Below, piece after piece: positions 10,162 through 20,251 of a DNA stretch of 64,000 nucleotides (its first letter is position 1; every line of letters begins with the position of its first letter). Location of the stretch: positions 21,628 through 85,627 of the forward strand of contig JAOUFY010000003.1 of the NCBI GenBank assembly GCA_029857955.1, read 5' to 3'. This DNA comes from Spirochaetia bacterium. Lineage in GTDB: Bacteria; Spirochaetota; Leptospiria; Turneriellales; JAOUFE01. The position numbers and the translations under genes are program-made. The notes beneath the pieces are model-generated. The model worked only from the letters and a program-made list of their open reading frames with translations. It ran no database searches and was not told where the DNA came from.

Positions 10162-12228
10162 CTATTTTAAATTCTTTTTATTTTTATGTAACTTTTTTTC
10201 TTTAACGCCGTCGATAATGTATATTTTAACAGGTTCACTTTTGCCTTTTACAAGAACTTCTTTAATTTCAGAATATGAAAGGTATTGTTCGCCGCCGGCA
10301 GCTGAATATGTAGCTTCGGAGATTCCAACTTTCCCGGGAATTCCATTACTTTCAATTCGAGATGCAGTGTTAACGGCATCGCCAATAACGGTATAATCCA
10401 TTCTTTTTGTGGAACCAATGTTGCCGACAATGGAGGGCCCATAATTGACGCCAATTCGCAAGCGAAAAGGCATTTCTTCCGTACCCAGTTTTTCAGTAAG
10501 GGCTTTTAATTCGTTTTGCATATGAAAAGCACAGGCAACCGCTTTATAGGCATCGTCATTTGTCGAATAGGGAGCGCCCCAGAAAGCCATGATGCAATCA
10601 CCAATGTATTTATCAAGTGTTGCTCCGTGTTCAAAAATAACGTTTGATAATTTTTCAAAAACTAGGTTTAATTTTTCAACAACTTTTGCCGGCGAATTAT
10701 GTTCTGAGTAATTTGTAAAACCGGAGATATCGGCAAATAAAGTCGCAATTGGTTTTTCCTGTCCTCCCATTTCCATTTCATTGGCAATGATGGTTTCCAT
10801 TACATCAGGCGAAAAATAACGAGAAAGTCTTTTTTTTTCTTCGCGTTGTTTTTCTACCAGGTTTTTAGATTTAACCATATTTGATACAATGGAGCCGGCA
10901 ACGGATATTCCAAAAAAAGCATAGGCATAATCCTGCAAAGAGTTTTCCCAGGTTACCCATGAAAATTGAAAACCAACAAGAACATCGTTTAACGAAAGAA
11001 TCAGCATTCCAAGTAATCCGCCCGTAACAGTACCCATGGAAGGAATTTTTCTGCCTTTAACGATGACATAGACGATATTAACCATAACTAAAAAAGGAAG
11101 TACTCCCCATGCAAACATAAATCTGCGTGTTGTTACCATGTCAGGAATAAATAAAAGAATTATAATTGCCAAGACGGCTATAAAATCCCAAAAGCGAATG
11201 ATTTTTTTAATAAATCCGGTTTCAACCTTTGAAAATTTAATAAAAAAATCCAGGATTAAATGAACAACGCAAATAAATGAAATATATTCCCATTTTTTAA
11301 TCCATAATGAATCTAAATAAATTGAATATATGATCTGACTGGTCATCAATGTATTTACAGCCATTGCAAATGTACCAAGGGCAAAATATAGCGTTGCATA
11401 TCCCTGATCACGAAATAAAAATTGCCAGTATAAATAATAAATCCCCAAAAGAACCATCAAAGAAATGACAAATATTTTTTTAAATTCTCCCCAGAATTCA
11501 GATCTTTCTACTTTTCGATCTGATGCAATGTAAAATTTTCCATGAGAAAGTCCGGGGGCAATGTAGTATTTTGCAAAAGTTCTAATTGCAATGGTATTTG
11601 TTGAATTTAAATGTAAAAGATCTCTGGGTATTTTGTACAATCTTTCTTTATCGTAAAATAAAAATTTGTCATCAAGTATTGTATCTGGTGGTGTTGATTC
11701 CGCTAACCCTGTTCCACCAATAAATGTTCCATTTAAATACACTGCATCTGCCTGACCAATTTTACCCAATCTTAATACAATATGATCTGATTTAAATTTA
11801 TTTTTAAAATCAGCCTGATTTATTTTAAATGTCGTACGATACCAGGCATAACCATGGTATTTTAAAAAATATTCATTAAAATTTGAAAATGGTTTTTCCT
11901 GATTTTCACTTTGATACCTGGTATAGGCCAGTTGAACTGGAAAATTGGATATCCATCCCGATTGTTCTTCATCTTTCAGGTTTTCAGCCGCTCTGTAAAA
12001 TTGCATATTTTCATTAAATAAAGTTGCTTTTGAGTCGCCAGGTTTAAATTGCCATGAATGGGGTGTTCCGAAGGTGGATTTGGTTCTTAGGTCAATGATA
12101 TGATCTGTCATTACTTGTGAATGAATATTGGCAGGTAAAACTACAAATATAGGCAAAAATAAAAAAATAAATATACCAGAATTAGATATCTTATTTTTGC
12201 AAACTATATCGAATATTGATTTTTTCAT
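10162..12228 (-). CDS. Class III adenylate/guanylate cyclase with an N-terminal 7TMR-DISM-type extracellular domain and a 7-TM module
   Basis: Signal/TM, a roughly 230-aa periplasmic domain, seven predicted TM helices, then a cyclase core (FADISGFTNYSE, KYIGDCIMAFWGAP, DYTVIGDAVNTASRIES). Confidence 0.85.
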   Translation of the reverse strand: MKKSIFDIVCKNKISNSGIFIFLFLPIFVVLPANIHSQVMTDHIIDLRTKSTFGTPHSWQFKPGDSKATLFNENMQFYRAAENLKDEEQSGWISNFPVQLAYTRYQSENQEKPFSNFNEYFLKYHGYAWYRTTFKINQADFKNKFKSDHIVLRLGKIGQADAVYLNGTFIGGTGLAESTPPDTILDDKFLFYDKERLYKIPRDLLHLNSTNTIAIRTFAKYYIAPGLSHGKFYIASDRKVERSEFWGEFKKIFVISLMVLLGIYYLYWQFLFRDQGYATLYFALGTFAMAVNTLMTSQIIYSIYLDSLWIKKWEYISFICVVHLILDFFIKFSKVETGFIKKIIRFWDFIAVLAIIILLFIPDMVTTRRFMFAWGVLPFLVMVNIVYVIVKGRKIPSMGTVTGGLLGMLILSLNDVLVGFQFSWVTWENSLQDYAYAFFGISVAGSIVSNMVKSKNLVEKQREEKKRLSRYFSPDVMETIIANEMEMGGQEKPIATLFADISGFTNYSEHNSPAKVVEKLNLVFEKLSNVIFEHGATLDKYIGDCIMAFWGAPYSTNDDAYKAVACAFHMQNELKALTEKLGTEEMPFRLRIGVNYGPSIVGNIGSTKRMDYTVIGDAVNTASRIESNGIPGKVGISEATYSAAGGEQYLSYSEIKEVLVKGKSEPVKIYIIDGVKEKKLHKNKKNLK

Positions 12229-12377
12229 ACAATTCTATGATATTTAATGGCATCTTTTGTCAATAAATTATTTTAATCGGATTATCTGTAATATTCGGCT
12301 AATTTAAACAAAGATTGTTTACATAAAAGACCGATAATATACAATAGTTTTAAAGATTATATTTTTGAGGAATTTAA

Positions 12378-12857
12378 ATGAAGTTTCTATATGAAGGGCA
12401 ATTGAAATTAATAAAAAAAAATTTAACTCTTCATAACGAAAATGTAGGTTTTCGTACTGCAGATGAAATTGATTTATTTTATTTAAGATCATGCAAAATT
12501 CCAGAAAGCGTAATTAATTTTTATGAAAATGCAGAACCAGATGATGTTGTAGAAATACAGGATGCGCGAATCTGGCCAATATCGGTTTTAAAACTTGAAA
12601 ATGAAAAAATGGAGCCGGGAAATATTATTTTCCCTTTAGGATATTTTGTAATAGGCACCACTATTTTTGGAGATTGTTATTGTCTTGACTTGAGAAAACT
12701 ATCGGCTAAAAAAGAACCTGTGGTTGTCATCGCATACCATGATCGTCAAAATGATCATGCTTCCAAAAATACAATTTTGGAGAATATGAAAGAAGTTGCA
12801 AAAAGTTTTGATGATTTTCTCTCCAGGTTTGCCAAAGGTAAGCTTCTCGTTGATTAA
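12378..12857 (+). CDS. SMI1/KNR4 (SUKH)-like protein
   Basis: 159 aa. Pattern ...IPESVINFYENAEP...FPLGYFVIGTTIFGDCYCLDL...PVVVIAYHD resembles the SUKH superfamily fold signature. Call made from recall only, not a search. Confidence 0.4.
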   Translation: MKFLYEGQLKLIKKNLTLHNENVGFRTADEIDLFYLRSCKIPESVINFYENAEPDDVVEIQDARIWPISVLKLENEKMEPGNIIFPLGYFVIGTTIFGDCYCLDLRKLSAKKEPVVVIAYHDRQNDHASKNTILENMKEVAKSFDDFLSRFAKGKLLVD

Positions 12858-12919
12858 AATTAAATTTTATTTAACTGTATTTTACTTTCCCAGATAAAAA
12901 AAGGTTAAACATTGCCTTT

Positions 12920-13795
12920 ATGAAAATACCCCCACTAGATAATCCTTATTTGGCCATTCAAAAGCTTGCTTCTGATTTACGCGATCCTCAAGAAGGGTGC
13001 CCATGGGATCGAGAGCAAACGCATCAGAGTCTTATAGAAAACTTGATTGAAGAAACATATGAAGTTGCTCAGGCTGTTGAAAATTTAAATTTAAATGATC
13101 CCGAAACCTGTGAAGATTTAAAAGAAGAGCTGGGGGACCTCTTTTTTCAGGTTGTTTTTCACTCTCAACTTGCCAGTGAAAAAAAACTTTTTACTCTTGA
13201 TGACGTTGTTCTGAAAATAACTGAAAAATTAATTGCGCGTCATCCCCATGTCTATGGAGATGTTGCAAGTATTTCAGATTCTGAAGGAGTTTTAAGCAAC
13301 TGGGAAGCTATAAAGCGAAAAGAAAAGTCAGATAGTCAAAAGGAAAGTACTTCTGCATTATCGGGCGTACCCGTTCATTTGCCTGCATTGTTAAAATCAT
13401 ATCGTATGGGTCAAAAAGTTTCACGTTTAAATTTTGACTGGCGATACCCAGACGGCGCTGAGCAGCTTTTCGATAAAATTAACGAAGAATATGAAGAACT
13501 TATGGAGGAACTTCCCGATAACCCTGTTTATTTTAAAAATCCGAAAGATAAAGAAATGGAAGAACAAAAAAAACGAGCTACTCTTGAATTTGGAGATTTA
13601 TTTTTTGTAATCGCACAGCTTGCCCGTCATTATCATATCGATCCGGAATACGCTCTTCAACAATCAAATAAAAAGTTTGAACGAAGATTTGTGTCAATGG
13701 AAGAAGAGCTTAAAGAAAAGCTTGAAAGTAAAGAAATGCCAACTCAAAATGAGTGGGAGCAGGCATGGAAAAATGCGAAACAAAAAGTTGGTTAA
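12920..13795 (+). CDS. mazG: Nucleoside triphosphate pyrophosphohydrolase MazG (tandem MazG domains)
   Basis: CPWDREQTHQSLIENLIEETYEVAQAVE and a second EFGDLFFVIAQLARH repeat. Confidence 0.9.
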   Translation: MKIPPLDNPYLAIQKLASDLRDPQEGCPWDREQTHQSLIENLIEETYEVAQAVENLNLNDPETCEDLKEELGDLFFQVVFHSQLASEKKLFTLDDVVLKITEKLIARHPHVYGDVASISDSEGVLSNWEAIKRKEKSDSQKESTSALSGVPVHLPALLKSYRMGQKVSRLNFDWRYPDGAEQLFDKINEEYEELMEELPDNPVYFKNPKDKEMEEQKKRATLEFGDLFFVIAQLARHYHIDPEYALQQSNKKFERRFVSMEEELKEKLESKEMPTQNEWEQAWKNAKQKVG

Positions 13796-13898
13796 TTTTC
13801 TTCGTCTGCAGTACACATGCTTATTGAGAACCTGACAAGTCCAATAATACTATATAATAATTATGTTGACGTTATAAAATAAGGCAGAACATTGAAAT

Positions 13899-14573
13899 AT
13901 GAAAACATTTTCATTTCACAATAGAGACAGCGACGAAACAGCGGATCATATTCTTGAATTTTTATATGATAAAATTGAGAAAAAAAAACAAGGGAGCCTG
14001 GATAGTCTTAAAAAACTTTTTAAAAATGTTTCTGAGATTGAATTAACTGAAATTCTTGAAACCATGTCCTCGGAAGGTTTAATCAGTATTAAAAATGAAG
14101 AAGTATTACTTATAGATAATGGTACAAAAAGAGCTGAACTATTAGTCAGAGGTCATCGACTTGCTCAACGACTTATGGTCGATGTACTTGGTATTTCGCC
14201 TGAAAATGCAAATAATGTTGCACATTATATGGAGCATGTTTTAGATGCAGAAACTCTTGATGCGATCAGCGCATTTATGGGTTATCCTGAGTTTTCACCT
14301 GATGGAAAGCCGATTCCCCATACTTCGGGAAAAAAAATATTTACGATCAGGCCAATTTTATGCAAGCTGTCAGATATGGAGATTGGCGCATATGGAACAA
14401 TTCGATATATTCAAAACCCTGTTGATTCTCTTTCTCAATTTGGCATTTTACCTGGAGAAATGATCAGGCTGGTTCAAAAACGTCCATCGTTTATTCTTGA
14501 AATGGGAAGTACCACCATCGCAATTGACTCAGCGTTTGCTATGGATATATATGTTCATCAAAAGTCTAAATAA
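13899..14573 (+). CDS. DtxR/MntR-family metal-dependent transcriptional regulator with a C-terminal FeoA/SH3-like domain
   Basis: RGHRLAQRLMVDVLG...HYMEHVLDAETLDAISAFMGYPEFSPDGKPIP dimerisation/metal-site region, followed by a FeoA-like tail. Confidence 0.8.
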   Translation: MKTFSFHNRDSDETADHILEFLYDKIEKKKQGSLDSLKKLFKNVSEIELTEILETMSSEGLISIKNEEVLLIDNGTKRAELLVRGHRLAQRLMVDVLGISPENANNVAHYMEHVLDAETLDAISAFMGYPEFSPDGKPIPHTSGKKIFTIRPILCKLSDMEIGAYGTIRYIQNPVDSLSQFGILPGEMIRLVQKRPSFILEMGSTTIAIDSAFAMDIYVHQKSK

Positions 14574-14595
14574 TTAATTAAATTATTTAACAGTT

Positions 14596-15932
14596 TTATT
14601 CATCATCGGGTACTACTTCTTTTTCTTCAGTTTCAAGGTAGTTTTTAGAAAATTTAAATTTCTCGTTGGCTTCTTCAAGAACAGAAAGTACTTTATCAAG
14701 ATCATCTTTTGTGTGGGCTGCAGAAAGAGATAGGCGCAGCCTGTCTTTTTTTCTCGGTACAGCAGGGTATGGAACAGGATTTACAAATATAAGATGATCA
14801 TGCATAAATTTAGTTACTTCACGCATTTTTTTGGTTTCGCCAATTACAATTGGGGTAATAGCTGTTTGTGTACGTTCAATATCAAAATCCCTTTTTCGAA
14901 GTTCACTGTGGAAATAGCGTATGTTTTCCCATAAACGATTATGCCATTGCGGTTCATCTCTTAGAACGTGCACTCCTTCATTTTGAGCCGCTACCTGTGC
15001 CGGTGTAGGCGAGGCTGCAAAAAAATAAGCTCTTGAATAGTATCGTAAATATTCAATTATGGGTTTGCGTGCAGCGACAAAACCACCAACACCGCCAAGA
15101 GATTTTGAAAAAGTTCCCATCACTAAATCAATTTTTCCTTCAAGGTTGAAGTGTTCGGCGATCCTTTTCCAGTTTTACCTAAAACACCAGTGGCATGTGC
15201 TTCATCAACCATTAGTTTGGCATTGTATTTTTTGGTTAAATTGTAAATATCTTGCAATGGTGCGATATCGCCATCCATAGAATACACGCCTTCAACAACA
15301 ACAAGTCTATCGCCTGCAGTATTTTTTTGACTTTGACTCAATACTCTTTCTAAAGAATTCATATCGTTGTGACGAAATGTAGACAACTTTGCTCCTGATA
15401 ACAATGCCCCATCTATAATAGATGCATGGGCGAGCTTATCTATGATGATTGTATCTTTTGGCCCTAAAAAACATGACAAGATGCCGACGTTTGTCGAATA
15501 ACCTGATGCAAATATCATGGCATCTTCGGAACCCTTTAACCAGGCAAGATTTGTTTCTAATTTGCGATGAATATCGTAGTATCCAGAAAAATGCGGCGGT
15601 GAACCTGCTCCTGAGCCATATCGATCTATGGCTTCTTTTGCGGCTTTTATCACTCTTGGATGATTATTTAAACCAAGATATGAATTTGAACCCATCATGA
15701 TCATTTCAATTTCTTTTTTTGTCAATGGATCTTCTACTAATACATGATTTGAGTTTGCTGAAAGCATAACTCTGCGATACATATTATGTCCAATACTTGA
15801 GAGATAGTTAATTGTTTCTGAAAATGAATCAACCCATGAAAAGATATCCGGTTCAGTACGTCTTTGAATTACAAAATCGGCCAGAGTTTTTTCTTGAAAA
15901 CTGTCTATATCTTTTTTAGCCATATTATCCAT
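14596..15932 (-). pseudogene. Alpha-oxoamine synthase family PLP enzyme (BioF/Kbl/serine palmitoyltransferase-like), split by a 1-nt frameshift
   Basis: ORF 15123-15932 ends ...DEAHATGVLGKTGKG then reads out of frame (SPNTSTLKEKLI*). Shifting one base near 15160-15168 restores IAEHFNLEGKIDLVMGTFSKSLGGVGGF, which contains the PLP lysine and continues as ORF 14596-15123. Confidence 0.8.
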
Positions 15933-16152
15933 TTTTTTACTCCACTTTGCAATTCTTATAATTGAATTATTTCATTATCATTTTAAGAGCTATAATATCA
16001 ATATAAAATTGCAAAATTTTCAAGTTCATATTTAATTATTTTTTATTAATTTAACATCGGCCTGTTTAATAGTTTTTTATATTTAATATTTTATATTTTA
16101 TATTATTGATCATGAAAAAAAAAGGAGTCTACGTTTCAATCTTAAATTAACG

Positions 16153-16791
16153 CTAATTTATCCTGTGAGTATATGATATTTCATTTATATTTGAAGTTGC
16201 CAGCTTTAAATCTTTTAAAATTCCATCTTCGATATTGTATATCCAGCCGTGAATTGTTAATGAATGGCCGGCTTTCCATGCGTTTTGAATGATACTGGTG
16301 TGACATACATTGGCCACTTGTTCCATTATGTTGAATTCGCAAAGCATGTTCTCTTTTTCAGCGTCATTTGTACAATTATCAATTTCATTTTGATAAAGAC
16401 GATATACATCTTTTATATGTCTAAGCCAGTTGTCTAAAAGTCCAAAATCTTTATTACCCAGGGCTGCTTTAATGCCGCCGCAGCCATAATGACCACATAC
16501 AATGATATGATTTACTTTTAGTATATCTACTGCATAATGTATTACAGATAGAGCATTTAAATCAGTGTGTACAACAATATTGGCTACATTTCGATGTACA
16601 AAAATTTCTCCTGGCAAGACACCTACAATTTCATTTGCAGGAACCCTGCTGTCGGAACATCCAATCCAAAGGTAGTTCGGCGATTGTTGGCGAGATAATT
16701 TTAGAAAAAAATCAGGATCGGCTGTTTTTACCTTTTCTGCCCATCTTTTATTACCTTCAAATAAATTTTTAAGCTGATGATCGTCATTCAT
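16153..16791 (-). CDS. can: Beta-class carbonic anhydrase
   Basis: CSDSRVP and HYGCGG zinc-ligand motifs. Start placed at MNDDHQ (16791), which abuts the upstream stop; the track ORF extends to 16821. Confidence 0.9.
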   Translation of the reverse strand: MNDDHQLKNLFEGNKRWAEKVKTADPDFFLKLSRQQSPNYLWIGCSDSRVPANEIVGVLPGEIFVHRNVANIVVHTDLNALSVIHYAVDILKVNHIIVCGHYGCGGIKAALGNKDFGLLDNWLRHIKDVYRLYQNEIDNCTNDAEKENMLCEFNIMEQVANVCHTSIIQNAWKAGHSLTIHGWIYNIEDGILKDLKLATSNINEISYTHRIN

Positions 16792-16793
16792 AT

Positions 16794-17267
16794 TTAACGC
16801 CTTTTCTCGCTTAAAGAACAAAACTCTTCAACAGCATCAAGTGTATTTGAACAAACAACATTATGTATTTCCTTATGATTTCGACATGTGCTTGTTACCC
16901 ACCGCGATGTTTTTACATTTTCGTTTTTTGGTTGAGACAGAATTTCACTGCAAATGTTCAAAGATTTTTTTGTGTTGATCAGGCATTGCTGTAAAAATAT
17001 TTTATTTATAACTCTACATTTAAAATCTCCAATTTCGCATGATTTTAAATGAATTAAAGTTTCATTTATGCAGTCAGTGTTGTTTGAACTATTTTTAGTA
17101 AATTCAGAAACCTGCTTAATTGCAATATCCTTTAATTTATCTATTTCAGGTAAATCTGTTTTAGTGATGTGATAAATATAAGCTGATCCGAGAATCACAA
17201 CCGTTGTTAAAATTAAAAGTATAGTTAAGTATATTTTTAAGTCATTTTTTATCTTATTCATAGACAT
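16794..17267 (-). CDS. Hypothetical membrane-anchored Cys-rich protein
   Basis: N-terminal TM helix (IYLTILLILTTVVILGSAYIY) followed by a domain with about 8 Cys. I recognise no family. Confidence 0.55.
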   Translation of the reverse strand: MSMNKIKNDLKIYLTILLILTTVVILGSAYIYHITKTDLPEIDKLKDIAIKQVSEFTKNSSNNTDCINETLIHLKSCEIGDFKCRVINKIFLQQCLINTKKSLNICSEILSQPKNENVKTSRWVTSTCRNHKEIHNVVCSNTLDAVEEFCSLSEKRR

Positions 17268-17290
17268 TCTTTCCTTCTTTAAAAAAAGTC

Positions 17291-18271
17291 TTACTCCGAA
17301 AATGCATCAAATCTGTCACCTGCAGAAATTCGGTATCCGTTTATAAATTCAGATGCAGTTAATTTTTTCTTTCCTTCAGGTTGAATATAGTTTAGTGGTA
17401 AACTTTTATTGTCATTGCACGATATCCATATGTGATCTTTGGTAATCATTGAAATAACGCCAGGTTGTTTACTAAATATTGATGATTGTAAAATAGTTTC
17501 CCTGTCTACCTGTAAATCAGGAAATAATTTACATTTTTTATAATTATACGAACTATAAATACCGCCGCGGTTTGACATGGCACGTGAAAGATTTCGAATA
17601 TCGAATACAGAAGAAAACCAGTTTATTTGACCAACTTGAGCGTCGATTTTTCCGCAATGTGTTGCTATTTTATCATTTTGTGAGTTATGATCCAGCTCTC
17701 CAGAAACAAATTGATTTATAGCAGATGGAGAAAATGTAACCAGTTCTGACATTAGTTTTGCCAATAGGGAATTAAAGTCATCTTCCCATGCAATATTGAC
17801 TTCTCTGGTATAAAAAATATCACCAGCATCAAGTTTTTCAACCATTTTTTGCATTGTCCAGCCTGTTTTATCTTCTCCATGTAATAGTGCGTGTTCAATG
17901 GGGGATGCTCCTCGCAGTTTAGGCAATAAACTGGCATGAAAGTTTATTGTACCGCATTTAGGCAGGTCAAAAAATCTTTCAGGAATAATTTTACCATAGG
18001 CAAATACAACATTTACGTCAACTTGAAACTGTGATATCTGGGAATAAAAATCATCTGCATTTTTTTTTAATGTTTTGGGGGTAAAAACAGGTATATTATA
18101 TTCATCAGCTTTCGTTTTAACTGGTGTAGGTTCATCCTGCCGACCTCTGTATGACCGTGGTTTATCTTCCTGTGTTACAACAAATTCTACCAGAATATTT
18201 TTACTTTGAATGATTTTCTCAAGAAGGGTTGCCGAAATTCCCGGTGAACCCCAGAAAGAAATTCGCGTCAT
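17291..18271 (-). CDS. fmt: Methionyl-tRNA formyltransferase
   Basis: NFHASLLPKLRGASPIEHALLHGEDKTGWTMQKMVEKLDAGDI formyltransferase core plus a C-terminal domain. Confidence 0.9.
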   Translation of the reverse strand: MTRISFWGSPGISATLLEKIIQSKNILVEFVVTQEDKPRSYRGRQDEPTPVKTKADEYNIPVFTPKTLKKNADDFYSQISQFQVDVNVVFAYGKIIPERFFDLPKCGTINFHASLLPKLRGASPIEHALLHGEDKTGWTMQKMVEKLDAGDIFYTREVNIAWEDDFNSLLAKLMSELVTFSPSAINQFVSGELDHNSQNDKIATHCGKIDAQVGQINWFSSVFDIRNLSRAMSNRGGIYSSYNYKKCKLFPDLQVDRETILQSSIFSKQPGVISMITKDHIWISCNDNKSLPLNYIQPEGKKKLTASEFINGYRISAGDRFDAFSE

Positions 18272-18273
18272 TA

Positions 18274-18684
18274 TTAAGACAGGTCCTCTCCAATAAGCTG
18301 TTCTTCCAATTCGTCTGCTTTTGCAGCTACATACAAGAAAGATTTAATAAACCTTTGCGGATCCAGATCTTTTAAAAAAGTGGCTTGATGCATGATCAAA
18401 GAATCATCGTCCATAAGAGCAATGGCCCCATATGTTAACGAAGTATTCATCAATAGCGCTTCTCTGAACATTTCAGGAGAGGGATCCACTAATTTACAAA
18501 TGACTGAATAATAATTAATCATTGGGTCTCCCTGATCATCTTTTTCAAAAGAGACCAGTACTTTTTGGTGTCTACCTCCTTCAAATTCAACGAGCGCAGA
18601 GTATTCACCGTCATCCTCTTTTTTAAAAGGAATTTGAAATTCAGAAGCAACGGCATTGATAAATCCATCAAATATTTCAAGCAT
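18274..18684 (-). CDS. Hypothetical protein, possibly YbjN/secretion-chaperone-like fold
   Basis: 136-aa acidic protein immediately upstream of fmt. The fold guess is from sequence pattern only. Confidence 0.5.
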   Translation of the reverse strand: MLEIFDGFINAVASEFQIPFKKEDDGEYSALVEFEGGRHQKVLVSFEKDDQGDPMINYYSVICKLVDPSPEMFREALLMNTSLTYGAIALMDDDSLIMHQATFLKDLDPQRFIKSFLYVAAKADELEEQLIGEDLS

Positions 18685-18887
18685 ATAAAGAAGATTGATA
18701 AATTTGATATGTGGTCAAGATATTTTTAAAAGTTTGTAGAGCATAATTAGGAATATTACACAAATTAGAATTAATGTATTTTTTAAAAAAAGCTTGTCGA
18801 TGTAATTGATGAAATATCCAATGTCTTTGGAAAATATACAAATGTATATTGTATTCCTGATAAATCAATATGTTGGAGGATTATAGA

Positions 18888-19364
18888 ATGAAAAAAATAC
18901 TTTTACCTGTTTTAATACTATCATTGGTTGCAGGTCTTCAGGCTGCAGAGAAGAAAAAAACTACAAATGATTATATCGTTGATCTAAAGTCAGATGATGA
19001 TGCTACTGTTATTAGTGCTTCGCAGAATCTTGGCGCAAGTAAAGCTAAAGAAGCTATTGATCCAATGATCGAAGCGATGAAGTCCCATCAAAATCCAAAA
19101 GTACGGATTGCGATAGCATCCGGATTAGGTAATATGGATACCAAGAATCAGCCTACCACTGCTTTAAGTGAAGTAGTTAAAACAGATGATGATAATAGTG
19201 TTGTTTATGCTTCTTTACTGGCAATCTTAAACTTAAAAGACTTTGGAAATCCAGATGCAAAAGCAGCTGTAGAATTTTGTGAAAAAAACAAAGCATCTGA
19301 TGAATATATAACAGATGTTGTAAAAAAAATTCATGAAGCTTTAGATAAAAACCAGAAAAAGTAA
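18888..19364 (+). CDS. Secreted HEAT-like (PBS-lyase type) repeat protein
   Basis: Signal peptide MKKILLPVLILSLVAGLQA preceded by GGAGG. Repeats of the VRIAIASGLGNM type. Track ORF starts at 18870. Confidence 0.65.
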   Translation: MKKILLPVLILSLVAGLQAAEKKKTTNDYIVDLKSDDDATVISASQNLGASKAKEAIDPMIEAMKSHQNPKVRIAIASGLGNMDTKNQPTTALSEVVKTDDDNSVVYASLLAILNLKDFGNPDAKAAVEFCEKNKASDEYITDVVKKIHEALDKNQKK

Positions 19365-19501
19365 ACCGAATTGTTCTTAACTTTGTTTACTTTTGATTTT
19401 AAAATATTTTTTACGGAACTGAAATTGGCGGGGTAATTTAAAATACAATCACTTATAATAAAGTGATGTTTTAGAGAACCCTTGCCTTTTCTAAACATTT
19501 C

Positions 19502-20230
19502 ATGCTCAGTAATAGTGAAATTGCTCGTTATAGTAGACAAATTTTACTGCTGGGTAAAAATTCTCAAATTAAATTAAAAAATAGTCGAGCCCTGGTTCTT
19601 GGAGCAGGTGGAATTGGTTCGGCACTTTTACCTTACCTTGTGTCATCCGGGATTGGGTATATACGTCTTGTAGATCCTGATGTTGTCGAAGAAAGTAACT
19701 TGTCACGGCAAATACTTTACAATGCAGAACATATCGGAGCTCTTAAAGGAGCAGTTGCCGCTGAATATCTGACATCATTGAACCCACAAACGGAAGTTGA
19801 CTGGATTTCTGGTCGATTTAGTAATGAGAATTATAACTCGTATGTTGATTCGATGGATATTATTTTAGAAGGTACTGACGACATTCAATGTAAATTTTTA
19901 GTTTCTGATATTTCAATCAAGAAAAATATTCCCGCCATTATTGGGAGTATAGGGAATGTACAGGGACATGTTTTCCCGATTGCAGCTAAAACCGGACATG
20001 CCTGTTACAGGTGTTTATTTGAGGCTCCCCCCGTTAATGAAGTAATACCAACCTGTGCTACAGAAGGTATTCTTTCGCCGCTTCCAGGGATTATTGGATC
20101 CATGATGGCATATCTTGCCGTTGATTTATTGTCAGGAAATAATTTTTTAAAAAAAATATACTTGATGGAAAAGGGAGGATGGCGAACTATTTCACTGTCT
20201 CAAAATCCACATTGCAAATGTTGTTTGTGA
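19502..20230 (+). CDS. ThiF/MoeB-family adenylyltransferase (E1-like)
   Basis: RYSRQILL...VLGAGGIGSALLPYL...DPDVVEESNLSRQILY nucleotide-binding core, with CYRC and CKCC zinc motifs. No rhodanese domain. Confidence 0.85.
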   Translation: MLSNSEIARYSRQILLLGKNSQIKLKNSRALVLGAGGIGSALLPYLVSSGIGYIRLVDPDVVEESNLSRQILYNAEHIGALKGAVAAEYLTSLNPQTEVDWISGRFSNENYNSYVDSMDIILEGTDDIQCKFLVSDISIKKNIPAIIGSIGNVQGHVFPIAAKTGHACYRCLFEAPPVNEVIPTCATEGILSPLPGIIGSMMAYLAVDLLSGNNFLKKIYLMEKGGWRTISLSQNPHCKCCL

Positions 20231-20251
20231 TGAAATTAAACAAGCGTAACC

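Noticed and set aside
19502-20230. ThiF-like E1 considered as the core of a bacterial ubiquitin-like or CBASS-type (Cap2) conjugation/defence system
   Set aside because: There is no fused E2 domain, no JAB/Cap3 peptidase, no cyclase/effector and no ubiquitin-fold ORF adjacent. Its size and motifs fit an ordinary MoeB/ThiF.
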